Source: Candidatus Planktophila sp. (GTDB taxonomy: Bacteria > Actinomycetota > Actinomycetes > Nanopelagicales > Nanopelagicaceae). From it: a stretch of DNA of 64,000 nt. The position numbers were made by a program, and so were the translations under genes. Below are positions 20,254 to 30,291 of this stretch, in pieces; position 1 is the first letter of the stretch, and each line of letters begins with the position of its first letter. The notes under the pieces are model-generated. The model searched no databases. It was not told the DNA's origin and saw only the letters and a program-made list of their open reading frames with translations. The DNA is taken from assembly GCA_009691135.1 (NCBI GenBank), contig SHVF01000002.1, forward strand, positions 7,067 to 71,066. Direction: 5' to 3'.

Positions 20254-21602
20254 TAGCGCGCCTCCTCTTCCATCGATTTATCTAATTCAATATCTTCAGG
20301 ATCAACTTCTGTTCCTGCAACGTCGCTGAGATTAAGTATTGGACCGGTACCGCGAGTTGAATCACGGTGGTCCAAGCGCCAGTTTTCTGGCAAAAGGTGA
20401 TCAAGGACGTCATCGACTGTTATGGCGCCCAACAGTCGATCATTGGCATCGACTACCGGAACGGATAACAAGTTATAACTAGCTAAGTATGAAGAAACTT
20501 CATGCAGTGATGCATTGGGATTTAACCCTTGGGTATCTATATCTACGATAGATCCGAGCAGCGTTGAAGGAGGCTCGCGCAGCAGTCTTTGATAATGCAC
20601 TAAGCCGATATAGCGGCCAGTTGGGGTTTCCAGCGGTTGGCGACAGACAAATACTTGTGAGGCAAGTGCGGGAGAAACTTCGCTCGCACGAACACTGGCT
20701 AATGCATCGGCAACTGAATTGTCAGCGCTCATCACAATTGGCTCGGTCGTCATCATTCCGCCCGCGGAATAATCTTCATAAGTCATCAAGCGCAGAACAT
20801 CTTCGGCATCTTCTGGCTCCATAAGTTCAATCAGCGCTTGCGCACGTTCTTCTCCAACTTCGCGAAGTAAATCTGCGGCATCATCCGGATCCATTTCACC
20901 CAAGACATCTGCGGCGCGTTCGCCTTCAAGTTCGGCCAAGAGTGCAACTCTTTCTAACTCATCCATTTCCTGGAGGACATCTGCTAAACGTTCGTCATCA
21001 AGGGCTCGCGCAACTTCAACACGACGTTTCGGCGCTAAATCTTGAATAACTGCAGCCAGATCGGCGGCGCGTAAATTACTGATGGTGGCAAGTAAATTGG
21101 TGACGCCTTGGTTGTGTTCAGGCAGAGTAAAGCCAGTAACTTCTTCCCATGCAACAGTTGAGGTTGCGCCTTTGCGGCGTAGCCCGCTGCCCTTTTTCAT
21201 AATATGAACGCGGTTGATAAACCAATCACCGGTGCGGTTTTGTTCCATACCCATATCTTCGACAACTACAGATTCGTTATTTTCGTTTAAAGTAATTGAG
21301 CGATCGAGTAACTCACCTAAGACTAACAATTCACCGGCACGAGATTCAAAGCGGCGCATGTTTACCAGACCGGTAATCACAACTGCGCCTGATTCGATAG
21401 ATGTAACTCGAGTAATTGGTACAAAGACTCTACGACGTAAAGGAACTTCAACGACGAGGCCAAGTATGCGAGGTGGCTGATTATTAGAACGCAAAGTTGC
21501 GACAGCATCGCGGACCTTGCCAACTGGATCTCCATTTGGATCAAAGACTGCCGTACCTGCCAAGCGTGCAATAAAGACACGGTTTATTGTGTTGCCACTC
21601 AT
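20253..21602 (-). CDS. MgtE N-terminal/CBS-domain protein (PRC barrel + CBS, no TM domain)
   Basis: MDPDDAADLL, AGGMMT and GAITVDDVLD motifs; coupled to DUF1003; GGAGG SD. Confidence 0.88.
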   Translation of the reverse strand: MSGNTINRVFIARLAGTAVFDPNGDPVGKVRDAVATLRSNNQPPRILGLVVEVPLRRRVFVPITRVTSIESGAVVITGLVNMRRFESRAGELLVLGELLDRSITLNENNESVVVEDMGMEQNRTGDWFINRVHIMKKGSGLRRKGATSTVAWEEVTGFTLPEHNQGVTNLLATISNLRAADLAAVIQDLAPKRRVEVARALDDERLADVLQEMDELERVALLAELEGERAADVLGEMDPDDAADLLREVGEERAQALIELMEPEDAEDVLRLMTYEDYSAGGMMTTEPIVMSADNSVADALASVRASEVSPALASQVFVCRQPLETPTGRYIGLVHYQRLLREPPSTLLGSIVDIDTQGLNPNASLHEVSSYLASYNLLSVPVVDANDRLLGAITVDDVLDHLLPENWRLDHRDSTRGTGPILNLSDVAGTEVDPEDIELDKSMEEEAR

Positions 21603-21649
21603 TTTTGGCCTCCCTTCATTGGCTAAGGGTATCGGCTACGGTTACTGTC

Positions 21650-22552
21650 ATGTCGCAGCCTTTAAATCGTGATTACCACACACAAATACCTGCGCGTCCC
21701 GATTTAATTCGCTTAGGAATAGGAATTATTGGAATCGGCACATCTGGACCGCTTATTGCTATGAGTGCAATGCCGGTGCTCACACTGATTTTCTGGCGAA
21801 ATTTCGGCGGAGCTCTGATGACCGCGCCTTTTGCACTACGCAATCGTATCGATCGAACTGGCGCTAAATGGGCGATTCTTGCTGGCATTGTCTTAGCGCT
21901 ACATTTCTATGGTTTCTTCTTAGCGATGCGCATGACAACGGTTGCTGCCGGCACTGCACTAGTTGCACTTCAGCCGATATTTGCCGCACTCTTTCTTAAA
22001 TTATCGGGTGGTCACATTCCATCTCGTGCTTGGTTGGGTATGTTTGTATCTTTCGGCGGAGTTCTGTTAATTTCTGGAATTGATTTACAAATTTCATTGC
22101 GCGCTTTTCTTGGTGACTTAGCCGCGATTATCTCTGCCGCTCTTTCTGCTATATATATGCTAATTGGCGCTCGGGCACGAAGAACTTTAGAAACAGCCGC
22201 ATACACATCTATCTGTTATTTCTTCTGCGCCATCACCGCACTGCCAATGGCGATAATTGCTGGCAACGAACTTCTGAATTTCAACGCGCGCGAATGGTGG
22301 ATCCTCTTAGGGCTAATTTTTGGTGCACAATTTTTAGGTCACACCATGTTTAACTCAGTTCTGAAGCGAGTTTCACCTGCAGTCGTATCTTTAATCGTTT
22401 TCTTCGAAGTTCCTGTCAGTTCGATTTTAGCGATTTGGTGGATGAATCAGCGCCCACCAATTGGCGTCATACCCGGAATCGCATTAATTCTTATCGGTTG
22501 CGCACTCGTCGTTTTACGCACTAGACCTACTCAAGTAATGCTTGAAGAATAA
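21650..22552 (+). CDS. EamA/DMT family transporter
   Basis: About 10 TMs with two EamA repeats; ATG 21650 follows TACGGT-N7. Confidence 0.88.
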   Translation: MSQPLNRDYHTQIPARPDLIRLGIGIIGIGTSGPLIAMSAMPVLTLIFWRNFGGALMTAPFALRNRIDRTGAKWAILAGIVLALHFYGFFLAMRMTTVAAGTALVALQPIFAALFLKLSGGHIPSRAWLGMFVSFGGVLLISGIDLQISLRAFLGDLAAIISAALSAIYMLIGARARRTLETAAYTSICYFFCAITALPMAIIAGNELLNFNAREWWILLGLIFGAQFLGHTMFNSVLKRVSPAVVSLIVFFEVPVSSILAIWWMNQRPPIGVIPGIALILIGCALVVLRTRPTQVMLEE

Positions 22553-22568
22553 GTAGAAAGTGAACATA

Positions 22569-23414
22569 ATGATTGATTTACATACGCACACAACGGCAAG
22601 TGATGGAACAGACTCACCCGCTGAGTTGGTAAATAAAGCACTTTCTGCCGGCATCTCTACCTTGGCGATTACCGATCACGACAGCACTTCGGGTTGGGAT
22701 GAGGCTGTTATGGCGCTTCGCCCGTCGCTGGCCTTAGTGTTAGGCGCCGAAATTTCAACCTTAACTCTTGATGGAATTAGCGTGCATATGTTGGGTTTAT
22801 TATTCGATGGTCAAGATAAAAGTATGCAAAATATGTTGGCAGAGTCTCGAGATACCCGAATTCCACGTATGCGCAAGATGATTGAATTACTTGCAGCAGA
22901 TGGCATCAATATTTCAATAGAAGATGTGATGGCTGCGACCCCAATTGGTGCAACCTTAGGAAGGCCACATCTGGCAGATGCCTTAGTACGTAACAAAGTT
23001 GTGGCATCGCGCAATGAAGCATTTCTTGAACTATTACATAATGATTCAAAGTATTATGTAACTCATGCAGCCCCAACGCCTGAAGATGCCATCCGTCAGA
23101 TAAATCGGGCAGGCGGTGTTGCAGTTATTGCGCACCCATTTGCATCAAGGCGTGGCGAAGTAATTTCAGCCGCAACATTCACACACCTAGTCTCTGCTGG
23201 ATTGCATGGAATCGAAGTAAATCATCGAGACCATTCACAAGCCGAGCGTGAGCAACTAGCTGAAATCGCAGATCAACTTGGATTAGTTAAAACTGGGTCA
23301 AGTGATTATCACGGTAACGGTAAACTAAATGAACTGGGAGAAAATCTCACCGATCCCGAACAATGGGCTCGCCTTGAATCACTAGCAAGTGCTCGAAGGG
23401 TCGTAACAAAGTGA
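22569..23414 (+). CDS. PHP-domain metal-dependent phosphoesterase
   Basis: DLHTHTTASDG, ITDHD, GRPHLA, AHP and GSSDYHG motifs. Confidence 0.93.
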   Translation: MIDLHTHTTASDGTDSPAELVNKALSAGISTLAITDHDSTSGWDEAVMALRPSLALVLGAEISTLTLDGISVHMLGLLFDGQDKSMQNMLAESRDTRIPRMRKMIELLAADGINISIEDVMAATPIGATLGRPHLADALVRNKVVASRNEAFLELLHNDSKYYVTHAAPTPEDAIRQINRAGGVAVIAHPFASRRGEVISAATFTHLVSAGLHGIEVNHRDHSQAEREQLAEIADQLGLVKTGSSDYHGNGKLNELGENLTDPEQWARLESLASARRVVTK

Positions 23415-24028
23415 ACGTCATTGAAGTTAGCGCAGTTACCTTCTCGATCCAGGCTTTCGTAACCCTTTTAGTAATTCTCGATCCGCCAGGTGCTACACCA
23501 ATATTTTTAGGCCTAGTCGCTGACCGTACAAAGAAAGAACGTGTGCAACTTGCCTGGCAGGCAGCACTGGTTTCTCTTGTCGTAATAACCTTCTTCTCAC
23601 TCTTTGGCCGATTTATTTTGGAGTACATGAACGTTTCAATTGAAGCGTTACAAGCAGCAGGTGGACTTTTACTTCTATATGTCTCCCTCGAACTCTTAAC
23701 TGGTCGCGATATGGGCGGGGATGATTCGAAGGATAAAAATATTGCACTCGTCCCACTTGGAACCCCGCTACTAGCGGGTCCCGGCGCGATCGTGGCAACA
23801 ATGATCTTCGTACAGCAGATCCAAACTCCTGCGCAGAGTATTGGTCTGATAGCAGCCGTTGTTGCAGTACATATCGTGATTGCAATCTCTTTAATGGCTT
23901 CCACGACTATTTTGGGGATTATCAAAGACGCTGGCGTAACACTGCTAGCCAGAATCGCCGGATTGTTACTTGCTGCAATCGCAGTTCAGATGTTGGTTGA
24001 TGCTATAAAAGCTTTCACTGCAAAATAA
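23411..24028 (+). CDS. MarC family membrane protein
   Basis: DPPG..P.F and VPLGTPLLAGPGAI motifs. Confidence 0.92.
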   Translation: MNVIEVSAVTFSIQAFVTLLVILDPPGATPIFLGLVADRTKKERVQLAWQAALVSLVVITFFSLFGRFILEYMNVSIEALQAAGGLLLLYVSLELLTGRDMGGDDSKDKNIALVPLGTPLLAGPGAIVATMIFVQQIQTPAQSIGLIAAVVAVHIVIAISLMASTTILGIIKDAGVTLLARIAGLLLAAIAVQMLVDAIKAFTAK

Positions 24029-24053
24029 CTAAAGCCCAGATAGAATGGTGTAT

Positions 24054-24851
24054 ATGTCAAAGGATCCGCGCGGAATTTTCTCGCCTGAAACTATTGCCTG
24101 GAAAATTCACTCAGATCCGGCGATGGCGATCGGTGGTATCCGTGCGCTATTACAGCAGGCGCTGCATCCAGATGCCATGGATGGCGTAGCCAAGAATTCG
24201 AATTTCCGTGAAGATGCTTGGGGCCGATTGCAACGTACCGGAGATTATGTTTCGACAATAACTTTTGGAAGTCGAGATGAAGCAGATGCTTTATCTGCTC
24301 GTGTGCAAAAGATCCATACAGCACTTGGTTTAGATGACCCGCATCTCTTGCTCTGGGTTCATATGTCGATGGTGGATTCTTTTCTAGATATTGCAATTCG
24401 ATCTGGGCTTTCACTAGATGCTAAGCAACAAGATCAATATGTTGCTGAAATGGTGGCATTTGCTGAAGCTGTCGGTATAAATGCAGAACAAGTTCCTGCA
24501 ACTGTTGAGCAGATGAAGAGGTATTTCTTAGAAATCTCTTCTGAACTCATCGCTTCAGATGATGCCAAGCGCGCTGCGCTCTTCTTAACAATTCCGCCGC
24601 TCCCAACTGCAGTGCGTTTTGCAACGCCGGCGGCGCCGGCTTGGGCCTCACTTGCACTTATCGCCGCTAGTTCTTTGCCGGCTTGGGCTAGATCTCTTTA
24701 CGGAACTCCCACTTTGCCTGGACAAAATTTTGCAACAGATGTATCGCTCAAAGCGATTCGTAAAACTTTAGGCGCAATCCCAGATGCGATATTGGCACCA
24801 CCTGTATATAAAGCAGCGCAAGTGCGATGGGGATTGGTGTTGGCCAAGTGA
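24054..24851 (+). CDS. DUF2236 / MpaB-like oxygenase family protein
   Basis: ALLQQALHP, RLQRT and LLWVH motifs; ATG 24054 follows TAGAAT-N7. Confidence 0.82.
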   Translation: MSKDPRGIFSPETIAWKIHSDPAMAIGGIRALLQQALHPDAMDGVAKNSNFREDAWGRLQRTGDYVSTITFGSRDEADALSARVQKIHTALGLDDPHLLLWVHMSMVDSFLDIAIRSGLSLDAKQQDQYVAEMVAFAEAVGINAEQVPATVEQMKRYFLEISSELIASDDAKRAALFLTIPPLPTAVRFATPAAPAWASLALIAASSLPAWARSLYGTPTLPGQNFATDVSLKAIRKTLGAIPDAILAPPVYKAAQVRWGLVLAK

Positions 24852-25513
24852 AGGTAATTGCAATCGCAAATCCGGCAGGCGGGGTAGGAAAGACAACCCT
24901 TGCTCACTGCTTGGCTGTGGCATTTGCCGAATTTGGTAAGAAGACTCTTTTAATAGATCTTGATCCTGCGGCGCCACTTACCTTTCGCCTTGGGTATGAA
25001 AACCCACGACTTACAATCACCGAATTTCTATTGGACGTTAAGGTGACCGAGGAAAACCTAGTTACAACCTCAGAACGTTTTGATTTCATCGCATCAGATT
25101 CGCGATTAGCAGCGAACCTAGATGAAGGTGCGCTTTCGCGGTTATTGACCAAGTTACCTAAAGATTACGACTTAGTTATCTTGGATATTCCTCCGACACT
25201 GAGTTCAGCGCTTGGCTCGGCAATCAGCGCCGCTGACCAGATATTAGTACCCGTTTCGCAAGCTCTTCATTCACTACGTGGGCTGATTCAATTACGAAAA
25301 ATTACCGGTAAGGCCATAACCGCGGTCGCCATAGGTGAAGTAAATTATGAGGAACTCTCACCAGTCTTAGATGTGGCAATTTTGCGCAGTGATGAGGTAG
25401 AAATTGCGGCAAGTTCAAATTTATCTGTCTTGACTATGAGTAAAAGTTCCGAAGTGTCAGAGAGTTATCGAAGTGCTGCATATTCGGTACTCGAAATCTT
25501 GGGTCTGGAATAA
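24848..25513 (+). CDS. ParA/Soj family ATPase (orphan, degenerate)
   Basis: NPAGGVGKTT, IDLDP and ILDIPP motifs; GTG overlaps the upstream TGA. Confidence 0.85.
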   Translation: MKVIAIANPAGGVGKTTLAHCLAVAFAEFGKKTLLIDLDPAAPLTFRLGYENPRLTITEFLLDVKVTEENLVTTSERFDFIASDSRLAANLDEGALSRLLTKLPKDYDLVILDIPPTLSSALGSAISAADQILVPVSQALHSLRGLIQLRKITGKAITAVAIGEVNYEELSPVLDVAILRSDEVEIAASSNLSVLTMSKSSEVSESYRSAAYSVLEILGLE

Positions 25514-25522
25514 CGGCAAAAA

Positions 25523-26851
25523 TTAAGAAGAAAACTTTTTGGTGCGCGTGCGATTTCGTGGAGTTTTATCCGCTGCTGGCTTAGTAGCTCTCTCGGGTGA
25601 GGCAACCTTTTCTGTCTTAGCTATTAGCTTCTGCTTGGTGATACGTCCGTTGGAACCTGCTGGAATATTTAACATCTGATAAAGATGCTCAGATGAAGAG
25701 TAAGTTTCTTCGGGTTCGCCTAAGCCCAAAACTAGAGCGGTATCAATCATTTTCCAGCGAGCCAAGTCATCCCAATCAACAAAAGTCACTGAGATTCCAT
25801 CTGCTCCAGCACGCGCTGTGCGACCAATACGGTGCAGGTAAGTTTTTTCATCCTCGGGACATTGATAGTTGATGACATGTGTAATGCCATCGATATCAAT
25901 TCCGCGCGCTGCCACATCTGTTGCAACTAGCACATCAGATTTACCAGCCTTAAAATCATTAAGTGCTTTTTCACGGGCGCTCTGCCCCAAATCACCATGA
26001 ATTGATGCTGCGCGGAATCCACGTTCGGCCAAATCATCAGAGGTTTTTTGACAGGTGCGCTTTGTGCGGCAGAAGACGATAGTCGGGCCACGTCCATCGG
26101 CTTGAAGAATTCGCGCCAACATTTCAATCTTATCTAGCGCATGGGCACGGATTACATGTTGCTTGATACGAGATACAACCGCACCCTCATCTTCGTTATC
26201 TTGCGTGCGAATATGTATTGGCTGATTCATAAAACGTCGCGCTAGCGCAATGATGTCGCCTGGCATCGTCGCCGAAAAAAGCATGGTTTGGGCGCGATTT
26301 GGAGTGCTCGTAAATATTTTTTCTACATCAGGCAAAAAACCCAAATCAAGCATTTCATCTGCCTCATCTAAAACAACGCGAGATACTTCCTTTAATTTCA
26401 ATTGACCTTGTCGGTAGAGATCTAACAAACGACCAGGAGTTCCGACGACTATCTCCACACCATTATTAAGTGCTTCGATTTGTGGTTCAAATGCGCGACC
26501 ACCGTAAACAGCTAGAGTGCGTATGCCACGATTTCCAGTCAAATCATCAATATCTTTTGTGACCTGCACGCAGAGTTCGCGAGTTGGGACTACTACCAAA
26601 ACTTGCGGAAGTCCCTTAGCGGCTAAATCTTCCCATTCGGAATCAAGTGGTGCGATCACTCTTTCAATTAATGGAATTCCAAAGGCAAGAGTTTTTCCAG
26701 TACCGGTCTTTGCTTGGCCAATTACATCACCATCGCCAAGTGCGATTGGCAGCACCATCTCTTGAATTGGGAAAGGTGCGATAAAACCATGCCCTGCTAG
26801 CGCTGCTTGTGTTTCGGGGCGAAGTGGCAAATCAGCAAAAGTTATCGACAC
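25523..26851 (-). CDS. DEAD-box RNA helicase
   Basis: AKTGTGKT, PTREL, DEAD, SAT and HRIGRTAR motifs; GTG 26851 follows the DUF3107 stop. Confidence 0.95.
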   Translation of the reverse strand: MSITFADLPLRPETQAALAGHGFIAPFPIQEMVLPIALGDGDVIGQAKTGTGKTLAFGIPLIERVIAPLDSEWEDLAAKGLPQVLVVVPTRELCVQVTKDIDDLTGNRGIRTLAVYGGRAFEPQIEALNNGVEIVVGTPGRLLDLYRQGQLKLKEVSRVVLDEADEMLDLGFLPDVEKIFTSTPNRAQTMLFSATMPGDIIALARRFMNQPIHIRTQDNEDEGAVVSRIKQHVIRAHALDKIEMLARILQADGRGPTIVFCRTKRTCQKTSDDLAERGFRAASIHGDLGQSAREKALNDFKAGKSDVLVATDVAARGIDIDGITHVINYQCPEDEKTYLHRIGRTARAGADGISVTFVDWDDLARWKMIDTALVLGLGEPEETYSSSEHLYQMLNIPAGSNGRITKQKLIAKTEKVASPERATKPAADKTPRNRTRTKKFSS

Positions 26852-26852
26852 C

Positions 26853-27110
26853 TTAGAGAACGCCGAAACCAACGCGGCGATCGGCGGCGATACCAATGTC
26901 AACAAAGCCAATCTTGTCCGCTGCTACAACAATTTCATGGCCCCGAATATCTTTTAACGCTAGGGGCGTTTGACTTGCCAACGCTGCCGATACTGCCGCT
27001 TTAACATCGGCAACTGAAGAATTTGTTTCAAAAACTAGTTCGCCAGAGATATTGGCAATTGCGATGCGAACCTGTGTACTTTGTCCGGCATCCGATTTTT
27101 TTGTACTCAT
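26853..27110 (-). CDS. DUF3107 family protein
   Basis: VRIAI...EL.FE and RRVGFG motifs; conserved neighbour of the helicase and TetR. Confidence 0.85.
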   Translation of the reverse strand: MSTKKSDAGQSTQVRIAIANISGELVFETNSSVADVKAAVSAALASQTPLALKDIRGHEIVVAADKIGFVDIGIAADRRVGFGVL

Positions 27111-27163
27111 GTGGCTATCCTATCGGCAAAAAGTGCAGCCAATCTCTCTGAAATGAGTAGGGG

Positions 27164-27793
27164 TTATTGACTTCCAGAGAGCGGGAAGCCAGAAATTCCG
27201 CGCCACATTAAGTTTTCAACTAATTCAACAGCTTGCTGGCGACTTAATTTGCTATCTCGTTCTAACCAATGGCGTGCGGTCACTTGGGTATATCCAATAA
27301 GCCCAACGCCGAGCAACATGGCGACTTCCTGAGGCAGGCCAGTGTCATTGGAAATAATTGCACTAACCGCTGCTGCGCAGTCATAGGTCATACGATTCAA
27401 GCGCTCACGAACTTGTGGCTCAACGCTCATATCGCTTTCGAAAAGTAAACGGAATGCTTCACCCTCATTTTCGATAAATTCAAAGTAAGCAACAACGGTT
27501 GCATGTACGCGAATAGAGTTATCGGGAGTTGAAGAGATTGCTTTTTGTAGCGCAAAAACTAGCGAATCAATATGAAGATCTAGTACGGCAAGATATAAAT
27601 CAAGTTTCGAAGGAAAGTGCTGATACAGAACTGGCTTGCTGACATTTGCCCGATCTGCAATTTCATCCATCGCAGCCGAGTGGTATCCAGCGGCGGTGAA
27701 AACTTCTAGAGCTGCGTTGAGCAATATCGCACGGCGCTCATCACGTGGCAGGCGTGCTTTATCGCCTTTTGTATTCGTATCTACGGTAGTCAT
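27164..27793 (-). CDS. TetR/AcrR family transcriptional regulator (Rv3208-like)
   Basis: MDEIADRANVSKPVLYQHFPSK HTH. Confidence 0.93.
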   Translation of the reverse strand: MTTVDTNTKGDKARLPRDERRAILLNAALEVFTAAGYHSAAMDEIADRANVSKPVLYQHFPSKLDLYLAVLDLHIDSLVFALQKAISSTPDNSIRVHATVVAYFEFIENEGEAFRLLFESDMSVEPQVRERLNRMTYDCAAAVSAIISNDTGLPQEVAMLLGVGLIGYTQVTARHWLERDSKLSRQQAVELVENLMWRGISGFPLSGSQ

Positions 27794-27913
27794 TGCTCGT
27801 ATCGTAGACGCAATAGCGCTAATAAAGAAAGATCAAATGCAGATGAGAACGATTTGCAGCGTGCCAAATTTATCTAATTGGCGCACCCGCAATGCCTACG
27901 GCAGAATAGTGCC

Positions 27914-29110
27914 ATGTCGAACCCACGAATTAAACCTTCAGCCCTGGTATCTCCTGGACCTGCTCTGACTGTTGATGAAGTTCGCCGATATAGCCGCCAT
28001 CTGATAATTCCAGATGTTGCAATGGCTGGACAGCAACGGTTGATGAGCGCCAAAGTTCTATGCGTTGGTGCAGGTGGACTTGGTTCACCAGCGCTGATGT
28101 ATTTAGCAGCTGCTGGCGTCGGAACTCTCGGAATTGTCGAATTCGATATAGTCGATGAATCAAATCTGCAGCGTCAAATCATTCATGGCCAAAGTGATAT
28201 CGGTAAGAGTAAAGCGCAATCGGCCAAGGCAAAAATTGCTGAGATAAATCCTTATGTAACTGTAATAACTCACGAAGTTCGCCTAGATAATTCCAATGTA
28301 ATGGAGATATTTTCTCAATACGACATCATCGTTGATGGAACTGATAATTTTGCAACACGTTATTTGGTAAATGATGCTTGCGTATTATTGAAGAAGCCAT
28401 ATGTTTGGGGATCCATTTATCGCTTTGACGGCCAAGCTAGCGTTTTTTGGGCCGAGTATGGACCTTGTTACCGTTGTCTTTATCCAGAACCTCCACCACC
28501 AGGTATGGTTCCAAGTTGTGCCGAAGGCGGTGTACTTGGAGTGCTTTGCGCAACTATCGGATCTATTCAGACCACAGAGGCGATAAAAGTAATCACTGGG
28601 GTTGGTGATCCAATGATTGGTTCGCTAATCATTTACGACGCACTGGAAATGTCATTTAGAAAGATCAAGGTTCGCAAAGACCCAAATTGTCCTTTATGTA
28701 GCGAAAACCCAACCCAGACGGAATTATTGCCGGATTACGAGGCGTTCTGTGGCGTTTTATCGGATGCTGCAGAAAATGCAGTTAAAGACTCGACAATTAC
28801 AGTTACTGAACTTGCTGCAAAGATTGCTGGAAACGATAACTTCTATCTAGTTGATGTTCGTGAGCCAAGTGAATTTGAAATTGTTCGTATTCCAGGCTCT
28901 CACTTGATTCCAAAACAAGGTTTCTTAGATGGCACCGTGCTCGCGAGGATGCCGCAAGATAGGCCGATTGTTTTGCATTGCAAGAGCGGTGTCAGGTCGG
29001 CCGAATGCTTAGCAATCCTCAAAGGTGCTGGATTTTCAGATGCCACCCATGTCGCAGGTGGAGTCATCGCATGGGCTAAACAAATTGATAAATCATTACC
29101 GGTCTATTAA
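27914..29110 (+). CDS. moeZ: Adenylyltransferase/sulfurtransferase MoeZ (MoeB-rhodanese fusion)
   Basis: RYSRHL, GAGGLG, SNLQRQ, CYRC and PSCAEGGV motifs; rhodanese HCKSGVRS. Confidence 0.93.
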   Translation: MSNPRIKPSALVSPGPALTVDEVRRYSRHLIIPDVAMAGQQRLMSAKVLCVGAGGLGSPALMYLAAAGVGTLGIVEFDIVDESNLQRQIIHGQSDIGKSKAQSAKAKIAEINPYVTVITHEVRLDNSNVMEIFSQYDIIVDGTDNFATRYLVNDACVLLKKPYVWGSIYRFDGQASVFWAEYGPCYRCLYPEPPPPGMVPSCAEGGVLGVLCATIGSIQTTEAIKVITGVGDPMIGSLIIYDALEMSFRKIKVRKDPNCPLCSENPTQTELLPDYEAFCGVLSDAAENAVKDSTITVTELAAKIAGNDNFYLVDVREPSEFEIVRIPGSHLIPKQGFLDGTVLARMPQDRPIVLHCKSGVRSAECLAILKGAGFSDATHVAGGVIAWAKQIDKSLPVY

Positions 29111-29976
29111 TGCGTACTTCGTATAAAGGGTTTCGAGCTTTATTCGTTCACGCTCACCCTGATGATGAAACCATCAACAACGGTGCGACAATGGCTTTAT
29201 ACGCCGCACTCGGTGCTCAAGTAACTCTTATTACGTGTACTCGTGGAGAAGAAGGCGAAATTCTCACCCCTGAATTAAGCCATTTATCTAGCGCGCAAAC
29301 CGATGCCCTTGGCCCGCATCGCGAAATAGAACTTGCCAACGCAATGAACGCACTAGGTATTAAAGATTTCAGATTTCTTGCGCAAGGCGCTAGAACTTAT
29401 CGCGATAGCGGAATGATGGGAACGGATCCCAATGACCGTCCCGATGTATTCTGGCAAGCAGATTTAGAAGAGGCTGCCGATTACTTGGTTAAGGTAATCG
29501 AAGAAGTTAAGCCACACATTCTTATTACTTATGATGAAATTGGTGGATATGGCCATCCAGATCATATTCAAGCGCACCGGGTTGCTATGCGCGCATCTGA
29601 AAAATCTAAATGGCAAATTCAAAAAATTTACTGGAATACAATTCCCAAATCGATTATTGCTGAAAGTATGGAGAAGTTAAAAGAGATTGGCTCAGATTTC
29701 TTCGGAGCAGAAAACGTTGATGAAATTGCTTTTGCAAAAGCTGACGAATTTATTGACGCCTTGGTTGACGGTAACTCTTATGTAGAACAGAAGATGGCAG
29801 CAATGAAAGCGCATCACACACAGATTTCACTAGATGGCCCGTTTTTTGCTCTCTCAGATAACCTAGGACTTCAGGTCTGGGGTAACGAGTTCTACACATT
29901 AGTAAAGGGTGAAAAGGCAGCTCCATTTGATGAAGCCGGACATGAATCGGATTTGTTTGCTGGAGTCATTGCCTAG
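29110..29976 (+). CDS. mshB: GlcNAc-Ins deacetylase (mycothiol biosynthesis)
   Basis: HAHPDDE, CTRGEEGE, DSGMMG, GGYGHPDH and FALSD motifs. Confidence 0.88.
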   Translation: MRTSYKGFRALFVHAHPDDETINNGATMALYAALGAQVTLITCTRGEEGEILTPELSHLSSAQTDALGPHREIELANAMNALGIKDFRFLAQGARTYRDSGMMGTDPNDRPDVFWQADLEEAADYLVKVIEEVKPHILITYDEIGGYGHPDHIQAHRVAMRASEKSKWQIQKIYWNTIPKSIIAESMEKLKEIGSDFFGAENVDEIAFAKADEFIDALVDGNSYVEQKMAAMKAHHTQISLDGPFFALSDNLGLQVWGNEFYTLVKGEKAAPFDEAGHESDLFAGVIA

Positions 29977-30291
29977 ATGAAGTATTTTTATGCAGTTCTT
30001 GTAGGCGTGATAACTGCAGTGGCAGCGACATTCCTGCATCTATTCCTGCCACCTTTTGGAATTGCGTTGGCAATTATTGGAACTTTTACTTCAATTTGGT
30101 CTGTCGGACTAACTTATCAGAAACGTAGATTTAAAATAATTGCAGCTCTTGCGTGGAGTGCATTCTTTGTCCGAGCATCTACTTTTGGTGCAGGGAGAGA
30201 AATCTTTGTGCAAGGTGATAATTTAGGAAACGCCTTCTTTTTCCTTTCTTTTCTTGCACTTACAATTGCTATCGCTTTGCCGACTAATTAA
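29977..30291 (+). CDS. Small membrane protein downstream of mshB
   Basis: 104 aa, mostly hydrophobic; abuts mshB. Confidence 0.7.
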   Translation: MKYFYAVLVGVITAVAATFLHLFLPPFGIALAIIGTFTSIWSVGLTYQKRRFKIIAALAWSAFFVRASTFGAGREIFVQGDNLGNAFFFLSFLALTIAIALPTN

